DNA of 63,529 nt, filler included, from Reclinomonas americana ATCC 50394 (GCA_048213135.1; 11 parts of 10 records of this genome joined end to end with filler, not necessarily neighbours in it); one strand, 5' to 3'; shown: positions 13,801-28,200, counted from the first letter of the whole stretch. Program-made: numbers and translations. The notes: generated by a model from the sequence alone, not told the origin.

Positions 13801-14621
13801 NNNNNNNNNNNNNNNNNNNNNNNNNNNNNNNNNNNNNNNNNNNNNNNNNNNNNNNNNNNNNNNNNNNNNNNNNNNNNNNNNNNNNNNNNNNNNNNNNNNN
13901 NNNNNNNNNNNNNNNNNNNNNNNNNNNNNNNNNNNNNNNNNNNNNNNNNNNNNNNNNNNNNNNNNNNNNNNNNNNNNNNNNNNNNNNNNNNNNNNNNNNN
14001 NNNNNNNNNNNNNNNNNNNNNNNNNNNNNNNAACAACAACAACAACAACAACAACAACCTCCGCCACCAGCAGCTGCTGTGGCCGCCAAGCCCACGGTCC
14101 GGTCGCCTCTGATTGAGCCGTCGACAAAACCGCCACAACCACCATCCCGCGTCGTTCCGGCCACCAACGCCGCCACCCGGCCGACACCAGCAGCCGCAGC
14201 ACCCGCCTACAATGACATGCCGGTGGGTCCGCGCCCATCGAGTGCAGCCGGTGCGCCGACGCTGGGTGGTCGGAAACCTGCTGCGGCATCGGCCATGCCA
14301 CTGTCGGCATCTGCAGCAGCAGCACCGCAGCCACCAGTCGCCGTTGCCGCTCCGCATGCCGTCTCCGACGCACCGTTTGCCACATCGAGCTCGCTCGCTC
14401 AGCAGCTGGCCCTGACGGCGGAGACCGAGTCGCGACTGATGCGGTTGAATTTGGAGCGCACGCAGGTGGAGGCTGAGTACAATCGACTGCTACCCACCGC
14501 CTCCAAGACCATCCAGTCGCGGCGGAGGATCAACGAGCTGGAGGAGCATTTGAAGGAGCTGTCGCGCAACATTGAGCAGGACAAGAGCAGGCTACGGCAG
14601 CTCGAATCCTTGCACAAGTAA
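10819..14621 (+). CDS. Coiled-coil/low-complexity protein with an MPHOSPH9/enkurin-like C-terminal helical domain (fragmented by gaps)
   Basis: Coiled-coil exons at 11400-12680. C-terminus ESRLMRLNLERTQVEAEYNRLLPTASKTIQSRRRINELEEHL resembles that domain. Several gaps. Confidence 0.45.
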
Positions 14622-14932
14622 TGAATGAAGGAGAGGCGATGATTTCTAGCGTAAACAAGCCTTGTTTTGCGCCGTACAATCTCGACACGAGCGAGTGAAG
14701 AAATAACGAGACAAACAGGTAACATCAGTGACTTACAACATCGTACACACGCACGCACCCACACACACGCACACGCACACGCACACATACATGCATACAT
14801 ATAATCCCACGCGACACGCCAAGGGAACACATGAAAAATCGTATAGAGCGGTGCTTCCAAAAGAAGAAAAAAAGAAGAGGGGGAATAAAAAGAAAACCTA
14901 TGCACAAGCACCAGAGAATGCACATCAGCCGA

Positions 14933-16699
14933 TTACTCCTTCTTCTCGTGACCCGACGATGGACTTGGCGGTTGCACGGGCAGAATGTCGGGGTACGTGG
15001 GTCCCTTGGCCGGCACCGATCGGCACGGCCAGTTGAGGTATGGACCGGGGAACTTGCAGCCGGACTTGGGATCCTCAAAGTCCAACAGCATCTTGTCCTT
15101 CTTCACAAACAGATCCCAGCACCATTGTGCAATCTCCTCGTCACCAGTCGGGATTCGATTCACCGGAATCTCCTCGCAGTAAATGTGAATGGTGACTGGC
15201 GCGAGGCCCTGCGACGACACACAGAGATCAGCGCGTCGGCAATCATCACAGAGAGACTCACATCCGCGGAGCACCCACCGTGAGCACCGACCACGCACTC
15301 GGGGCGCGGGTGGTGTACTTGAGTGTGAGGTCGTACACAGCATCGATGCGGTGCCTCAACTGCTGCACCGAGGCCACAATGCCCTTGGTGCGCGGCGCCA
15401 GGATGCGCTGGAAAACTGGTCGCTGGTTCTCGGCGCACCACTGTTGCGACTGCTCATGCTTGCGCCTCTCGAAGCGCGTTCCCTCGGGGAAGGTCACGAG
15501 CCAGAATGGCTGATCGCCAAACCTGCCAGCATATTTTCAAAGTGAGGACTGAGTCGAAGTGCGTATGTGTGTGTGTGTGTGTGTGTGTGATTGTTCGCAT
15601 GCTTGCTTGCTTGCTGCTACGCAACATCAACAGTCGCTGGAACACCTTGTAGACGCGCTTGGCGTCCACAAACCAGTTGCGCTTCACAAACACCATGTCG
15701 AGGAACAGCATGCCCCATCCAGTGGCCGGCATGTACTTGATGGCTTCCTTGGCGAAAAACTTGGTGCCCGCTGCCAAACACAACGCATCAGTCAGTCAAT
15801 CGGTCGGCAGCGAGAGCAACAGCTCAAAGAGGTGACGCACCAAGACGACCGCGACGCAGCGCAAACGCAAACACAATCATGGGATCGAGATACGAGCAGT
15901 GATTGGAGAGCACAATCGCGTTGCGACCCGGCGGCAACTCGTGGCCCTGGAACTTGAGCTCCATGCCACCGATCTCCAAAAACACATCAAACAGCCACAG
16001 CCACACGCTCTGGTACGCGTCGTTCCAGCTGCAGGAAGAGAGAGAGAGAGAGGAGGTGAGCAGACAGAAGAGAAGCGTTGAAACTAACAAGTACAACGAG
16101 AGAGAGAGAGAGAGGAGAAGAGTCTGTGCTACTTCACGACAAGCTTCAGATACAGAGAAGTGAGCAGACATAGAGACATCTCTCGTTCGTTCTTTCTCTC
16201 ACACAGCGAAAGAGACAGAGAGGAGAGACGCTTAGAAGCTGCTGCTTCTCCATATAAGTAAGAGACAAGTGAGAAAATGCTCTCTCTTTCGTTCGTTCTT
16301 TCTCTCTCTCTCACACACACACGCAGAAAGAGACAGAGAGGAGAAAGGAGTCCGTACTGCTTCCAAGCTGCATTCTTCCCCCTTCACCCACCGTCTGCAC
16401 AGGCGCGGATTGAACGGATGCACGACGACCCAAGTCATCATCTGAATGACATTGAAGCCGACTCCCGACAAGACGAGGAACGAGAACAAGAAGAACGCGC
16501 GCAGCTGGCCCAGCAACCATCGCGGCCAGGACACCACTCGCACTCGCTCGCCACGCGACGTCAATCGCTCGCCGGCCGGCAACACAAACGTCGGAGATAC
16601 CGCCGCCACCGGAGATGAAGGCGGAGATGATGCGGCGGCGGCAGTCACCGACGCCGTTGACTTGTTCGCTGCATTCGTGATGCCATCTTTGGCTGACAT
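14933..16699 (-). CDS. 1-acylglycerol-3-phosphate/lysocardiolipin acyltransferase (AGPAT3/4/5-LCLAT1 family)
   Basis: Motifs NHCSYLD (HX4D), FFAKEAIKY, FVKRNW, FPEGTRF, PRTKG, YDLT, FVKKDKML. Confidence 0.9.
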
Positions 16700-17334
16700 G
16701 GACGGAAGGGATGACGGAGTTGCACCACCACACACACACACACACACAAAAACACCAAGCGAGCTGAAGGAGAGAGAGGGGGGACACCTGTGCGCACCAG
16801 ACACACACAGAGTCAGTTGATGGCAATGCACGTGTGTGTGTGTGCGAGAGAGAGAGCGCGCGATGCATCGACATGTACGTCACACCCACGCGTGGTTACA
16901 ATGCAGCGGCGTGCGTGTGCACAGAGACACTCATAACACACATCGCACACACAACGTGAGAGAGAGATGACGTGTCGCGCGCACTCACCGATGTGTTGTG
17001 CGTTTGTGTGTGAGAGGACAGTTCGCGGCGGCTCGCGACGCAACTGTCCACTTCGACGACGCGCCGCAAATACGACAAACGAGTGTTGTTGAATGCAGGC
17101 AGACAGACAGACACAACGCGCTCTCACCAGCGCGCACACACGCAGAGACAAAGCTGTTGTCGCGTTTATGTGCTTGGGTGTTGAAGTGGACAGTGGCGCG
17201 GCTCGCTCTCAAACTGTCCCGACCGCATTTCCCCCTCATTGTGCAACCGCGCGCAGTAGGCGTGCGCGTGTGTGTGTCAGAGAGAGAGAGAGAGCACACA
17301 CATAGTGTGAGAGTGTGTGAGAGAGAGGCAGTGA

Positions 17335-20300
17335 ATGGCGATGGCGAGTGTCGCCTCTGATGTGGAGGTGCGTGTCCACATGTGTGTTTTTTCGGAAAGC
17401 GGCGCTCTTTTGCCGGATCTTTTTCACACTGTTCTTTTCACACTCTCTTGCACACTCACTCTCGCACGCACACTCGTCTGCACTCTGCGTGTGTGTGTGT
17501 GGCACACTCAATGTGCGCGTGAAGAGCTGGTCATTGTGTGCACCATAAAAGTGTGCCGATTGGCAACCGCCTCGTTTCATCTTCATTTTCGCTCATCTCT
17601 CGCACACGCACGCACTCTCTCTGCGCTCTCATGTGCACACATACATGCAATGCATGCATCGCTGTCTGTGCGCGCGCACACCACACACCGCGCGCTCTTT
17701 CTCTATTTTGCGCCCGAGTTCTTCCTTTCAATTTTGCCCTTGTCCACAACACCACTTGATCAGCAGGCGTTCTCCTCACCACTCTTGTGTGTGTGTGTAG
17801 TTTGCTCGTGAGAAGCGCGGGCACATTCCACACATTCGCTTCCAGTCGGTGACCGATGCCATTCTCGCCGATGACGAGATCATCAAGTCCACGTTGTCGC
17901 CCATTGGTGAGTGCGTCGCCCGACGAGGCAAGCACGTGCAGTTCGCAGTGAGAGAGTGAGAGAGTGGGAGCTCGTTGAGCATTGGCGAGGAGGAGAGAGA
18001 TTCTCCTGGTTGCGCGAGTGCGCTTTGTTGCAGTGCGATCGTGTCGATGCTTACATTTTTTATTCTCATCGTCGTCTGTGTGTTTGCGTCGCAATTGCGT
18101 GCAGGCAACAAGGTCTCGCCGCGACCGGTGAGCATGGATGGCACCAGTGTGCACATGACAGACATGTTTCGGTGAGTGCCGCGGGATTGTTTGTTGTTCC
18201 TTGGAGTGCCTGTGTGTGTGTGAGTTGGGGCGAAAACGGATCCGCGTGTGTGCTCTTTTGATCCTCTCGTACATGCTGCATTTGCGTGATTGTACACTCA
18301 TGCCTGTCTGTTGCTTTCCGCACTGGGCAGTCCGCAAGGAAAGGCCGAGGACTTGTTGCAGACGGTGGCCGGAGTATCTCCACGGTTGGTGTCGCCGGGG
18401 ATCTCACCACCGCGTGGTCCGCCAGGCACCGCAGCCGCTGCGACTCCGCCCACCTCCACCACGCCCACCACCACCGCCACTTCTACCACGACGATGATTT
18501 CGCCGCGGTTGACTGGCACGGGGGCGATTGAGGAAGTTGTTCCGGAGGCGCTGGGCAGTGGGCACGGCAGTCCTCGCAAGTCGTTCCGTCCCGATCTGTG
18601 GGCCTACCTGGAGAGCACGGCCGCCGGCGGAGCGGGCAGCAATGGCGGCGGTCTGGCCGGCAGCAACAGCAGCGGTCTGGGCGAGAGCGGGGTTGTGTGG
18701 CCAAATTCGGCACGCGACCACTCGACCAGTGACGACCGCTTTGAGTTGGACCTGATCAAGGACTCGCGCTCACGTTCACATCCGTGCTCGCCGCGTATCA
18801 ACAGCGATTTGGGCGATGTGGCACCACCGGCGTTGTCGTCGCCACGCACCCCTGGTGGCACGCCGTACGAGCACCCGCTGGGCGAGCATCCGTCGCGGAA
18901 TCTTTTCGTGCGCAACATCAGCAGTGTGGTGGAGGACGAGGAGCTGCATCGGCTGTTTGGCCAGTTTGGCCACGTTCGCAACATGCACACGCAGTCCAAG
19001 CATCGCGGCTTTGTGGTGGTCTCGTTCTACGACATTCGCGATGCGCGGGCGGCGATGCGCAGCCTGCAGGGCTTTGTGCTGCACGGGCGCAGCATGGAGA
19101 TCCACTACTCCATTCCCAAGGACAACCCATCGGAGCGCGATCAGAACCAGGGCACGCTCGTCGTCTTCAACCTTGATGCCTCGATCAGCAACGAGGAGCT
19201 GCATGCGGTGTTTGAGCGGTTTGGCGAGGTCAAGGAGGTGAGGGAGACGCCGAACAAGCGGCACCACCGCTTTGTCGAGTTTTACGACACACGGCACGCG
19301 GAGAACGCCATGCGCGCTCTCAACAAGTCCGAAATCAAGGGCAAGAAGATCAAGATTGAGCCAAGTCGACCTGGCGGCGTGCGCAAGTCGGGCGTGCCGC
19401 TCGTGTCGCCATCGCAGCTCTGGTCGGCCGAGTTCACCGAGGAGGATTTGGCGCGATTGAGTTTCGTCCACTCCGCCTCACTTGCCTCTGTATTCCTTTG
19501 CCTCATCTCACACTCTCTGTGCGTGCAGTTCCGTCGGATCCCACCTCACCCGACGCGCTCGGTCACTCAGCGTCTGGTCTCGGTGACCTCGTGCCACCGC
19601 TTCGATCGGTCCCCGCTGGCGCCCATCCGTCGTCAGCTCCAGGGTCGGCGCGATCCGAGGGCTCGCACTACAGCGTGCACTCGTCGCCGTCGGCGTCGCC
19701 ACACAGCACCCCTCGCCAACTGTACTCGCCCATGGGCCAGTCGCCACTGGCACACGCCTATGTCACGCAGACGGTGTGTATGTGTGTAACTTTTCTGTCT
19801 CTTTATTGACGTTGCGTGCACTCACTCGATTCTCCGTGCGCAGAACTCGGCCGACGACTCGCTTCCGAGCACAACGTCCATTCACCTGCCGCAGAGTGCG
19901 ACATCGCCTCGCCCCCGTGGAAGCCCGCGACAGCATGTGCCGCTCGGCTACTCGCCGCGGCGTCAGAGTCCTGCCACGCTGTACGACGAGCAGTCGTACA
20001 TGATGGTGGCGGCGGCAGCGGCGGCACTGGGTCCCGAAGATTTTGACGAGGAGGATGCCATATATTCCAATTCAGCTTCACCGCGTCGTCTCTCCGACGA
20101 CATCACCGCGCAGTCGCTGGGTGGGGCCGACGGCGACGAGGATGTGCTGGACAACAGCGCCGACATGTCGGGCATGATGGGCGGTGAGTCGGCGCACCAC
20201 AGCGTGATGGCGTCCGCCGTCAATGGCGGCATGGTGCATCCGCCAATGCCGCAGATGCCTGCGCCTACGGCGACGACGACGGCGGCAGCGACAGCGGCGG

Positions 20301-21598
20301 CGGCGGCGTATGGTGTGCCACCTGCGGCGGCTTACGGAGCGTACGGTTCCGTGTACTACGGTCAGCCCCCGGCGACGCACCACGCCCACCACGCGCATCA
20401 CCACCAGGCGGCGCAACAGCACCATCACCACCACGCGGCGCAGCAGCACTATGCGGCGGCTGCGGCCGCTGCCGCTGCGCAAGCTCACCATGCGTACGGT
20501 GCTCCATACGGCTACGCCCCGGGACCGCCACCACCGCCTCCACCATCTGCCTCTGCCGGTGGCTACGGCCCTGCGCCACCTGGTTACCCGATGCACCCGC
20601 ACCATCCGCACGCCCACCACCACCAGCACCTCGGTCCGCCCCCACCGCCACCGCCACCACAAGCACACATGTCGCCACCCGGTGCTTACATGTCGGTGGA
20701 GCAGCATCATCACCACATGATGTCATCGCCTCCGCAGCCGCAGCAGCAACAGCCACCACAATATGGTGGGTCGCCGTACGGCCCAATGACGCACCAGGGC
20801 ATGGGCTATGGACAGTCGCCTGGCTCGTCGCAGTCGCCGCCACCGTCGCAGCAGCAGCAGCAACAACAACAACAGCAACAGTATCAGCAAGCGCCACCGC
20901 CGCCGTTCGTGGTGTCGCCGCCGCCGAGCCAGGTGATGCAGTCGCCGCTGTTGCACCCGACTGTGGCCTCGCTGCAGCAGCACGGACAATCGGCGCCGCC
21001 GAGCATGGACACGTATCAGTACATGCCATTGTCGTTACGTCTTCATTTGCGTGCGTGTGCTTGTGCGCGTGCCTCTGCATTGTGCTCACCACATTCCTCA
21101 CACCAACACAGAGATCACATGTCGGAAGACTCGGGCGGTGTTGGCAGCACCGGCGGTGGTAGCAGTAGCGGGAACTGGTCCATGTCAANNNNNNNNNNNN
21201 NNNNNNNNNNNNNNNNNNNNNNNNNNNNNNNNTTAATTAATTAANNNNNNNNNNNNNNNNNNNNNNNNNNNNNNNNNNNNNNNNNNNNTTGCTGATTTGC
21301 ATGAGCGGTTCAACGGCAAGAAGTGGGAGCGGTTCAATTCCGAAAAGGTGTGCGCCATCACGTTTGCACGCATCCAGGGCAAGAACAACCTGGTGCAGCA
21401 TTTCCAGAATTCGAGTCTCCTGTTTGAGGAGGAGCAGTGCAGACCACTGCTCTTTAACGATGTCGGCGAGGAGGTGTGTGTGCATGACAGAGAACAAGAG
21501 TTGGTGTTGCTCAGTGTGCTCACTACTGTGTCTGCGCGCAGGAGGAATTCCCTGTTGGGCCTTACGCTCGCCGCCGCCGTGTGTCAACCGATCCGTGA
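17335..21598 (+). CDS. mei2: Mei2-like RNA-binding protein (RRM1, RRM2, low-complexity linker, RRM3 partly in gap)
   Basis: GEHPSRNLFVRNI, KHRGFVVVSFYDIRDA, NQGTLVVFNLD, FVEFYDTR. RRM3 signature FNGKKWERFNSEKVCAITFARIQGK..HFQNSSLL. Confidence 0.9.
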
Positions 21599-22401
21599 TG
21601 ACCACGCCGCTCTCTTGTCAGAAAAAGTGTGTCTTTGTCTCTCTCTCTGCTTAGGAAGAAAATTTGTCCCCCAACACACACACACACTGTCACACCTTGT
21701 ATCCTTTGTTTTTCTACCCCCTTCCCCCCCTTCGAGTAGTCTTTGTATCGATGTGCGTTTCACCAATCTACAACCCCCCTTGTCTTTTCCCCCCATTCCT
21801 GTGTGTGCTATAACGAACCACACACATGCCCCCGTCTTTCATCAACCCACAAAATAGTGTGCGTCCGTGGCCTCAGTAGTCGTCGTCTGCCGCGGCGTGC
21901 AGCCAGTCTCTGTTCTTTCATTCTGTATGTTTCTCTGTTTGAGTCGTGTTGTCCATTGTACACAAATCCTCATGATGTGGCTGGTTGTGGGGAAGAGAGG
22001 AGGAGGGAAGGGGAGAAGGGCACTTGTGCAAGTGCAACCTATTCGAATGATGTGGCTTGTCTTGGGAAGAGAAGAAGGATAAGAAGGTGCACCCAATGAG
22101 GCGGTCATCAACAGAGTGTGCATCACGCTGCAGCTAATGTGTTAAGAGCAGAAGAAAAGTCAAGGCACAATGCAAGCATTCTGTTCTTCCGACGATTGCA
22201 GCCAGCGAATTCGAAGTCATCTGCAACTTCGTGAGATAGCACATGGAGAAGACAGAGAAGACGCTTGCGGTGCACTTGCTGTTCGTCAACGCCAATGGCC
22301 TCACAGACAACACAAAAACGTCGCGTTGTGGACAACTGCGCTTGTCATGCACCGCAAGGACACCATTCACTCCCCCACTCATCATCGCAGTCAGAGCAGG
22401 A

Positions 22402-22548
22402 ATGATTACCTGGCTGCTTGGTCCCATTGCGTTTCGTAAGCTCTCCCTTGTGGCAAGCAACCGGTCATATACCAAACACTTGCATGCGCACAGTGTTCTC
22501 GTCGGTGTCTTGTGGCCCGCGTATGCCTCATTCAAGGTCTCACACACA

Positions 22549-22602
<54 letters not shown>

Positions 22603-23471
22603 CATTCTCTGACCGCCTTTCTCTCTTTCTGTGTGTGCTCCACAGGCGCTTGACACGTCATCTCCCGAGGACGACCGTCAATGGTGCACAGACACACACA
22701 CAGACGCGCGTGTGTGACTCACATTCTTCCGCTCACTCTCTTTGTGTGTGTGTGTGTGCGTGCACAGGCTGACGTACTGGGTGTGCTTTGGTGTCATCTC
22801 CGCTGTGCACAGCGTGCTCTCATACGTCGGACTTGGGTGAGCGCAGACTTGTCTCTCTCACACACAGACACTTTCTCTCTCTGACACTCTCTCACACACA
22901 GTGGTGACCTGCTGCTGCTCGCGAGCATTCCATTCTACCTCTGGCTGCAGCTGCCACAGACCAAGGTCTCTCTCTCTCTCTCACACACAATGCCTCTCTT
23001 GTGTGCTCTCACACTGCAGCGTACTCAGGGCGCCACTGTTGTCTATGAGAAGTTCATCCAGCCGTTCTTCAAGGCACGTTTACCTCGCGTTTTACTCTCT
23101 GTTTGGGTGCCTTACCTTCCTCTGTCTCTGTGTGCAGAAGCACGAGTCGCAGATTGATGGTTTGTTGCTTGTGTGCTCTTTGTCACTCTCACTTGTATGT
23201 TGACTGTATGTGGCGCAGGTGCTGTGAGCGACGTTCTGCGCAAGGGTATGCTCATTGAAAAGGGAGGAGAAGCTTGTGCTCGGGATGCTCATTCTGTTGG
23301 TGCACAGGCGTCCAGGTGGCCAAGGACAACGCCGGTCGCGTCATTGCTGGAGCGACCAGTGTTGCGTCTCTCGTCGCTTGTCTCCATCTCGTGCGCGTCT
23401 GCTGCTCACTTTTTTTTGGTTGTTTGCAGACCCTCATGCATGCGGCGCAGGAGGTCGAGAAGAAAGAGTAG
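22402..23471 (+). CDS. REEP/YOP1/HVA22 (TB2/DP1) ER-shaping protein
   Basis: Spliced LVGVLWPAYASFKAL..DDRQWLTYWV..FYLWLQLPQT..GATVVYEKFIQPFFKKHESQID. Confidence 0.85.
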
Positions 23472-23583
23472 CCTTTGGCGCTGAGTGCGCTCTCCTCGCC
23501 CATTGACGCGCGCGAGAGGAAACCTCCCCCAAGCAAGAATAAAGAAAGCTCAGACTCTTTATCACATGGCGCGCGTTGACACA

Positions 23584-25065
23584 TTAGAGCTCATCGTGCG
23601 TCTTGTGCGCGGTCTTGTCACCAACAGGCTGCGATGGTGGTGGAGGCGGTGGTGGTGTCGCCTTGACTACCTTTGCAGCACCCGATGCCGTCGTCGCCGG
23701 CTTCTTCGCCGCCACTGTCGTTGTGGACGACGACGAGGAGGAGGGCGCAGGAGAGGCGGGCACCGGCAGTGTCGCCGGCACAATGGTTATTGACTTGCCG
23801 TGCGTGTTGACAGGCGCACTGCCAATGGCCGCCGCATACGCCGCCGCACACTGCACGGCATCACGCGCTCCGCACACTGCCGAACCATGCAGCGCAATAC
23901 CACGTAGCGAGGGTGACCGCTGTGCGGCTTCCACCAGCAGCGCAATGGTCTCAATCGACAGCGCATTGCGACGCAGCTCCAGCACCTCCAATTGCTCCAG
24001 CTTGTCGAGCACCGGCACCAAGTGCTCCACCACGCCCGCGTCATCGATGCCACACTCTGCCCACATAAGAAGTGAGCACACGAGAGTTCAGTGTCAAGCC
24101 GCCAGGTGGGCACGCAACGCGACAAGGTCAGCTTCTGCAGACTGGCCAGATCCTTGAGGATGGGCGCCAAACGCGCCACCCCGCCCGCCCCAAAGTGCAC
24201 ATTCCCTCGCAAGTCCAGGTGCGTCACGCGGCCAAACACGCGTCTACGGAAGCCCATCGTGTACGCCAACGCAGGCATGTCGCTCTCCAGCACATCGCAG
24301 TGCGCCAGCGACAAGAGCGTCGGATCCTCAATGAGCTCGTACATGACACCAAACGCCGAGTGCTGCTTTGCTTGAATCGCGGCCTTCAGTGGGCATCCCA
24401 TGTCCTCCACGGTGTCGTGGAAGCCGGCGCCTTCCAGATACAGCCTCTGCACTCAACACACGCGCGCGCAAGTGTGAGAGAGGAAAAACTCTTAAGTTAA
24501 GAAGAGCGCGACGCACCCTTATCTGATCTTCATTGCCGACGCGAGCTGCGCGGATCAGCTGCAAGGCCAGATGCTCCTTTCGAGACGCACGCAACGCACT
24601 GGTCAATGCCGCGACAAGTGCGGCGTTGTTATTGTCAGTCGTCGCAGCGATGGGCGCAATTGAAGTTGTCGATGCGATCGCCGTTGTCGGTCCGGCAGTG
24701 CCGCGCGCCCACGCGCTCAGATGCCACAAGTACAGTGCGAGCCACACGGCCGACACAATGAGCACGAATTGAAGTACGAGCGATGGGCCTCGTGCAACGG
24801 TCGACATTGCGTGACCGACCGATGAGCTCATTGAGGAAAGCGATGGCGATGCTCGGCGAAGACGCTGATGATGATGATGATGTTGTTGGAGGAGAGGCGA
24901 TGAGCGCACAGACGACTCGTCTTCGTCTTCATACTCATCGTCGTCATCATCATCGTCCACACAGAGTTGATCGCACGCGTTGAGCGCCGCAGCGGCGCGC
25001 AACAAGGCATCGCTGCTCGTTGAATCGCCGCCATCGGTGCGAAGAGTGGCGCGCGTCTCTGCCAT
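23584..25065 (-). CDS. Single-pass membrane protein with RNI-like leucine-rich repeats
   Basis: Hydrophobic segment LVLQFVLIVSAVWLALYLW. LRRs VTHLDLRGN, LQKLTLSQCGIDDAG, LEVLELRRNAL. Confidence 0.65.
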
Positions 25066-25214
25066 GTGTCGCACACGAGTTGAAGTAAAGCGAGTGGATC
25101 GCCAATGGACGGAGCGATACTTCAACTGGGCTCATCGTCGTCGACTCTCGCTCACCAATGCCAGCGTGGCTGTTTGCCCGTGCGGGCAACAGCACGACCG
25201 TGGTCGCTGATGCG

Positions 25215-28200
25215 ATGGGCGATCAGAACGCAGAGATCGCTGCGATTTTTACAGAGCATGATCGGCAGGAGTTCACCAGCACGTTCTTACAGGTGTGCGC
25301 GTGTGTGTGTGCGCATGTGTGTGTAAGAGAGAGAAGGAAGAGAGCGCGAAAGAAAGGAGAGAGAGAAAGAGTGAGAGATTGCATTTGAAGTTTCTGAGAG
25401 ATACAGATTGCGTGTGTGCACGTGTGCCTGTGCGTGTGTGCGTGGCCTACGTGTGAGAGTGATCTGCGCAGATACCACTTTTCCCCCTCACTTTGTCAGT
25501 CATGTTGTGATATCGCGGCTCCACGCTCATTTTCTTGAAATAAAATCGCAGCTTGGCATTGTGGCACTCGGCTTATCTCTGATCTCGGCGTTGGTTCTGA
25601 TGGTCGGTCTCAGTCGCGGTCGACTTCGTCATTTGCCACTGTTGCGCACTTCTTCTTCTTTTCTCTCACTCACAAGAGAACGATCTTTCTCATGTGTTGC
25701 TTGTAGCATGTTTGCGCGCATCATGGACGCCAAGACCTTTGCGCGATGGGCTCTCTTTTCCACAATTGTCGTGTGGTTCTTTCTGATCATTGCTCCGCCG
25801 GTGTTTCTCATTGCCTGGGGCGTGGTGGTCAGTCGTTTTGTATTCTTCTTTTCTTCTTTATGCCATTGTGTGCGGCTCAACTCTCTCCACCCACCACCAG
25901 ACGGCGGCTCGAGTGAATCCGTATCTGATTGGTTTGACCATTATCCTGCTGTCGATTGGCACTGGCATCCTGTTGTTTGCCGTGCTGCGCTGGCGCCAGA
26001 TGCGCTTCCTGTTGACCGGTACGCGTGCTGCTCGTCTCGTCTCCTCCTTGCCTTGCCTTGCTCACTGACTGACTGACGGATGCGTGCGTAGCATTTACGT
26101 GGTGGCTGCTGGTGCTCGGCCTCATGTGCTTCCTGATCTATGAGATCGTGGTCGTGTACACCATCAACGTGTTCACCTACATTGGTGCGTCGTCGGTGTG
26201 GCTCTCCTTCAACGCCATCTTTGTGGTGCTGATTGGCCACGAGTTTGAAAAGAGTTGCGTCTCCCCCTCCCCTTCCTTCCTTCCTCCTCCTCCTCTCACT
26301 GCCTGCCTTGGTGCACTCATTCACTCGATGCACAGTGCACCTGAAGGACGTTGACACAATTCTGAACGAGAGCAACGTGAGTGGTGCCAGCGGCGCATCG
26401 CAGTACGGTCCGCCGCAGTTCGTGTCGGCCATGTTCACACGCTTCGGTCGGCTCAAGCCAGTGTTGCGTCTGCGGTGCTGATTGAAGCATGATAGCAGCA
26501 CGTCCTCACTTGTGCCTGAACACACGCAGCACGCGCATCATCATCTACTACATCATGGCCATTCTCGTCCTCGTCGGCTACATTGTGACCGTGCTGACTC
26601 AAGTCGACGACCGCGAAACCGTGGTGACGGCCACTGTGGTCGCCATTATCGTCGTCGGTCAGTCACGACAGCGACATGTGAACCATGCTCCGTCTCTCTA
26701 TCTCACTGCTTCTGTGACCAGATATTTTGCTCTTTATGCGCTTCATTGCGCAGCGTCAGGCGGATCCGGTGCTGCTTTCGTGGAAGGCCATTGCGGTGCG
26801 AGTGGCACTCATCTTTTTGGGCCAGCGGTCAGTGACATGGTTATTGTCGTCACCACCGTGATAATCACGAATTCATCTCTCTCCCCTCTCTGCTCTAGGT
26901 ACTACTTTGTCGCCCACACCGTCGTCTTTATTGCGTTCGGGTGGTACCTGGTCACCGAGGCGATTCTGCGTCGCTACCCGAAGTACTCGCAGTCTCGCAA
27001 CGAGATTGTGCTGGACGGCATGCAGCGAATCATGGAGGCCAACTCGCCGGCCGCTGGCACTGCCGCGGCTGCTGCGTGGAGTGACGCAGAGGCGGCAGGC
27101 GTGGGAGCGAGCAGTGCGGCAGCGGGCGCCAGTGACGATCCAAGCAGGTGAGGAGTGTCTGTGGTAAAACGGCTGACACCTGCGGACGGCTCATCGCACG
27201 CGCGACACAGACACGCGCCGTCTATCACACCCGTTTCTCCTACTGCACGCCGTGCCGCAACGCCGACACCCATCTCGCAGCGGGTATGTGTTGCCAGAGC
27301 TTTTTTGTTTAATCGCTCGCGTGTGTGTCGCTGACCCGTGTTCGACGCAGTGGTATCTCTCGCCCGAGTTCGTACTGCTGTTGCTGGTGCTCGCTTTCGT
27401 CATCGAGATGATTGTGACAGCACGAGTCGGCCACCTCGACAAGGTCCGCATCGTGGACTTGTACCACGAGCAGTGGCTTGTCGGCGTGTGTGGTATTGTG
27501 CGTGCAAATATGTTTCCCTTCACACACCACGTCTGCAGTTTTCTCAATCACTTGCAGATTCTGGTGGCCGACTGGGCTTTTATCGTGTGGACAGCCATGG
27601 TGTTGCTGTCGACCAACTGGTGTGCTGGCATGACGGTGAGCATTCGACTCGCCACTCTCCGCTTCAGTAACGTGCCTCATCTTGCATCTTGCAGTTCCGC
27701 ACATTTTTCGGAAGCGGCGCCGGCTGGTGCTTCTTCCTGTGCGAGGTCGCGATTGCCGGTCTGGGCCTGCTGGTTGTACTGGTCACGCGCTCGTACATTT
27801 TCCTGTTCAGCTCGATCTTTGCGTATCCCACTGGCCTCTTGTGCGCCTTTGCGTTGCACTGGTGGCGCGACAATCACTACAGTTGCGCCACAATTCGACA
27901 TTGGCAAGTGCTTTTTTTCTCTCTTCTCACGTCGCTGGAACGGCGCACAGATGTGCTGCAAGAGCCCAAGTTCCGCAAGGAGCCGCATCGCGCTCGCAAC
28001 TCATTCAGTGCCTTTTTGTGCTGCGGCCTCACTGGCGCCGACTACGGGGTTCGTGTCCACTGGCGTTGTGTATCCGCTCGGTTTATTGCTCATTTATTTG
28101 TTTTGTCGCTGCAATCAGATGTTGTTTGTGCTCCTGCTCATCTGCGGTCTGCTGGTGGCGTGGGGCGGCGGCATTGCGGCAACCATTTATCGTTGGGTGT

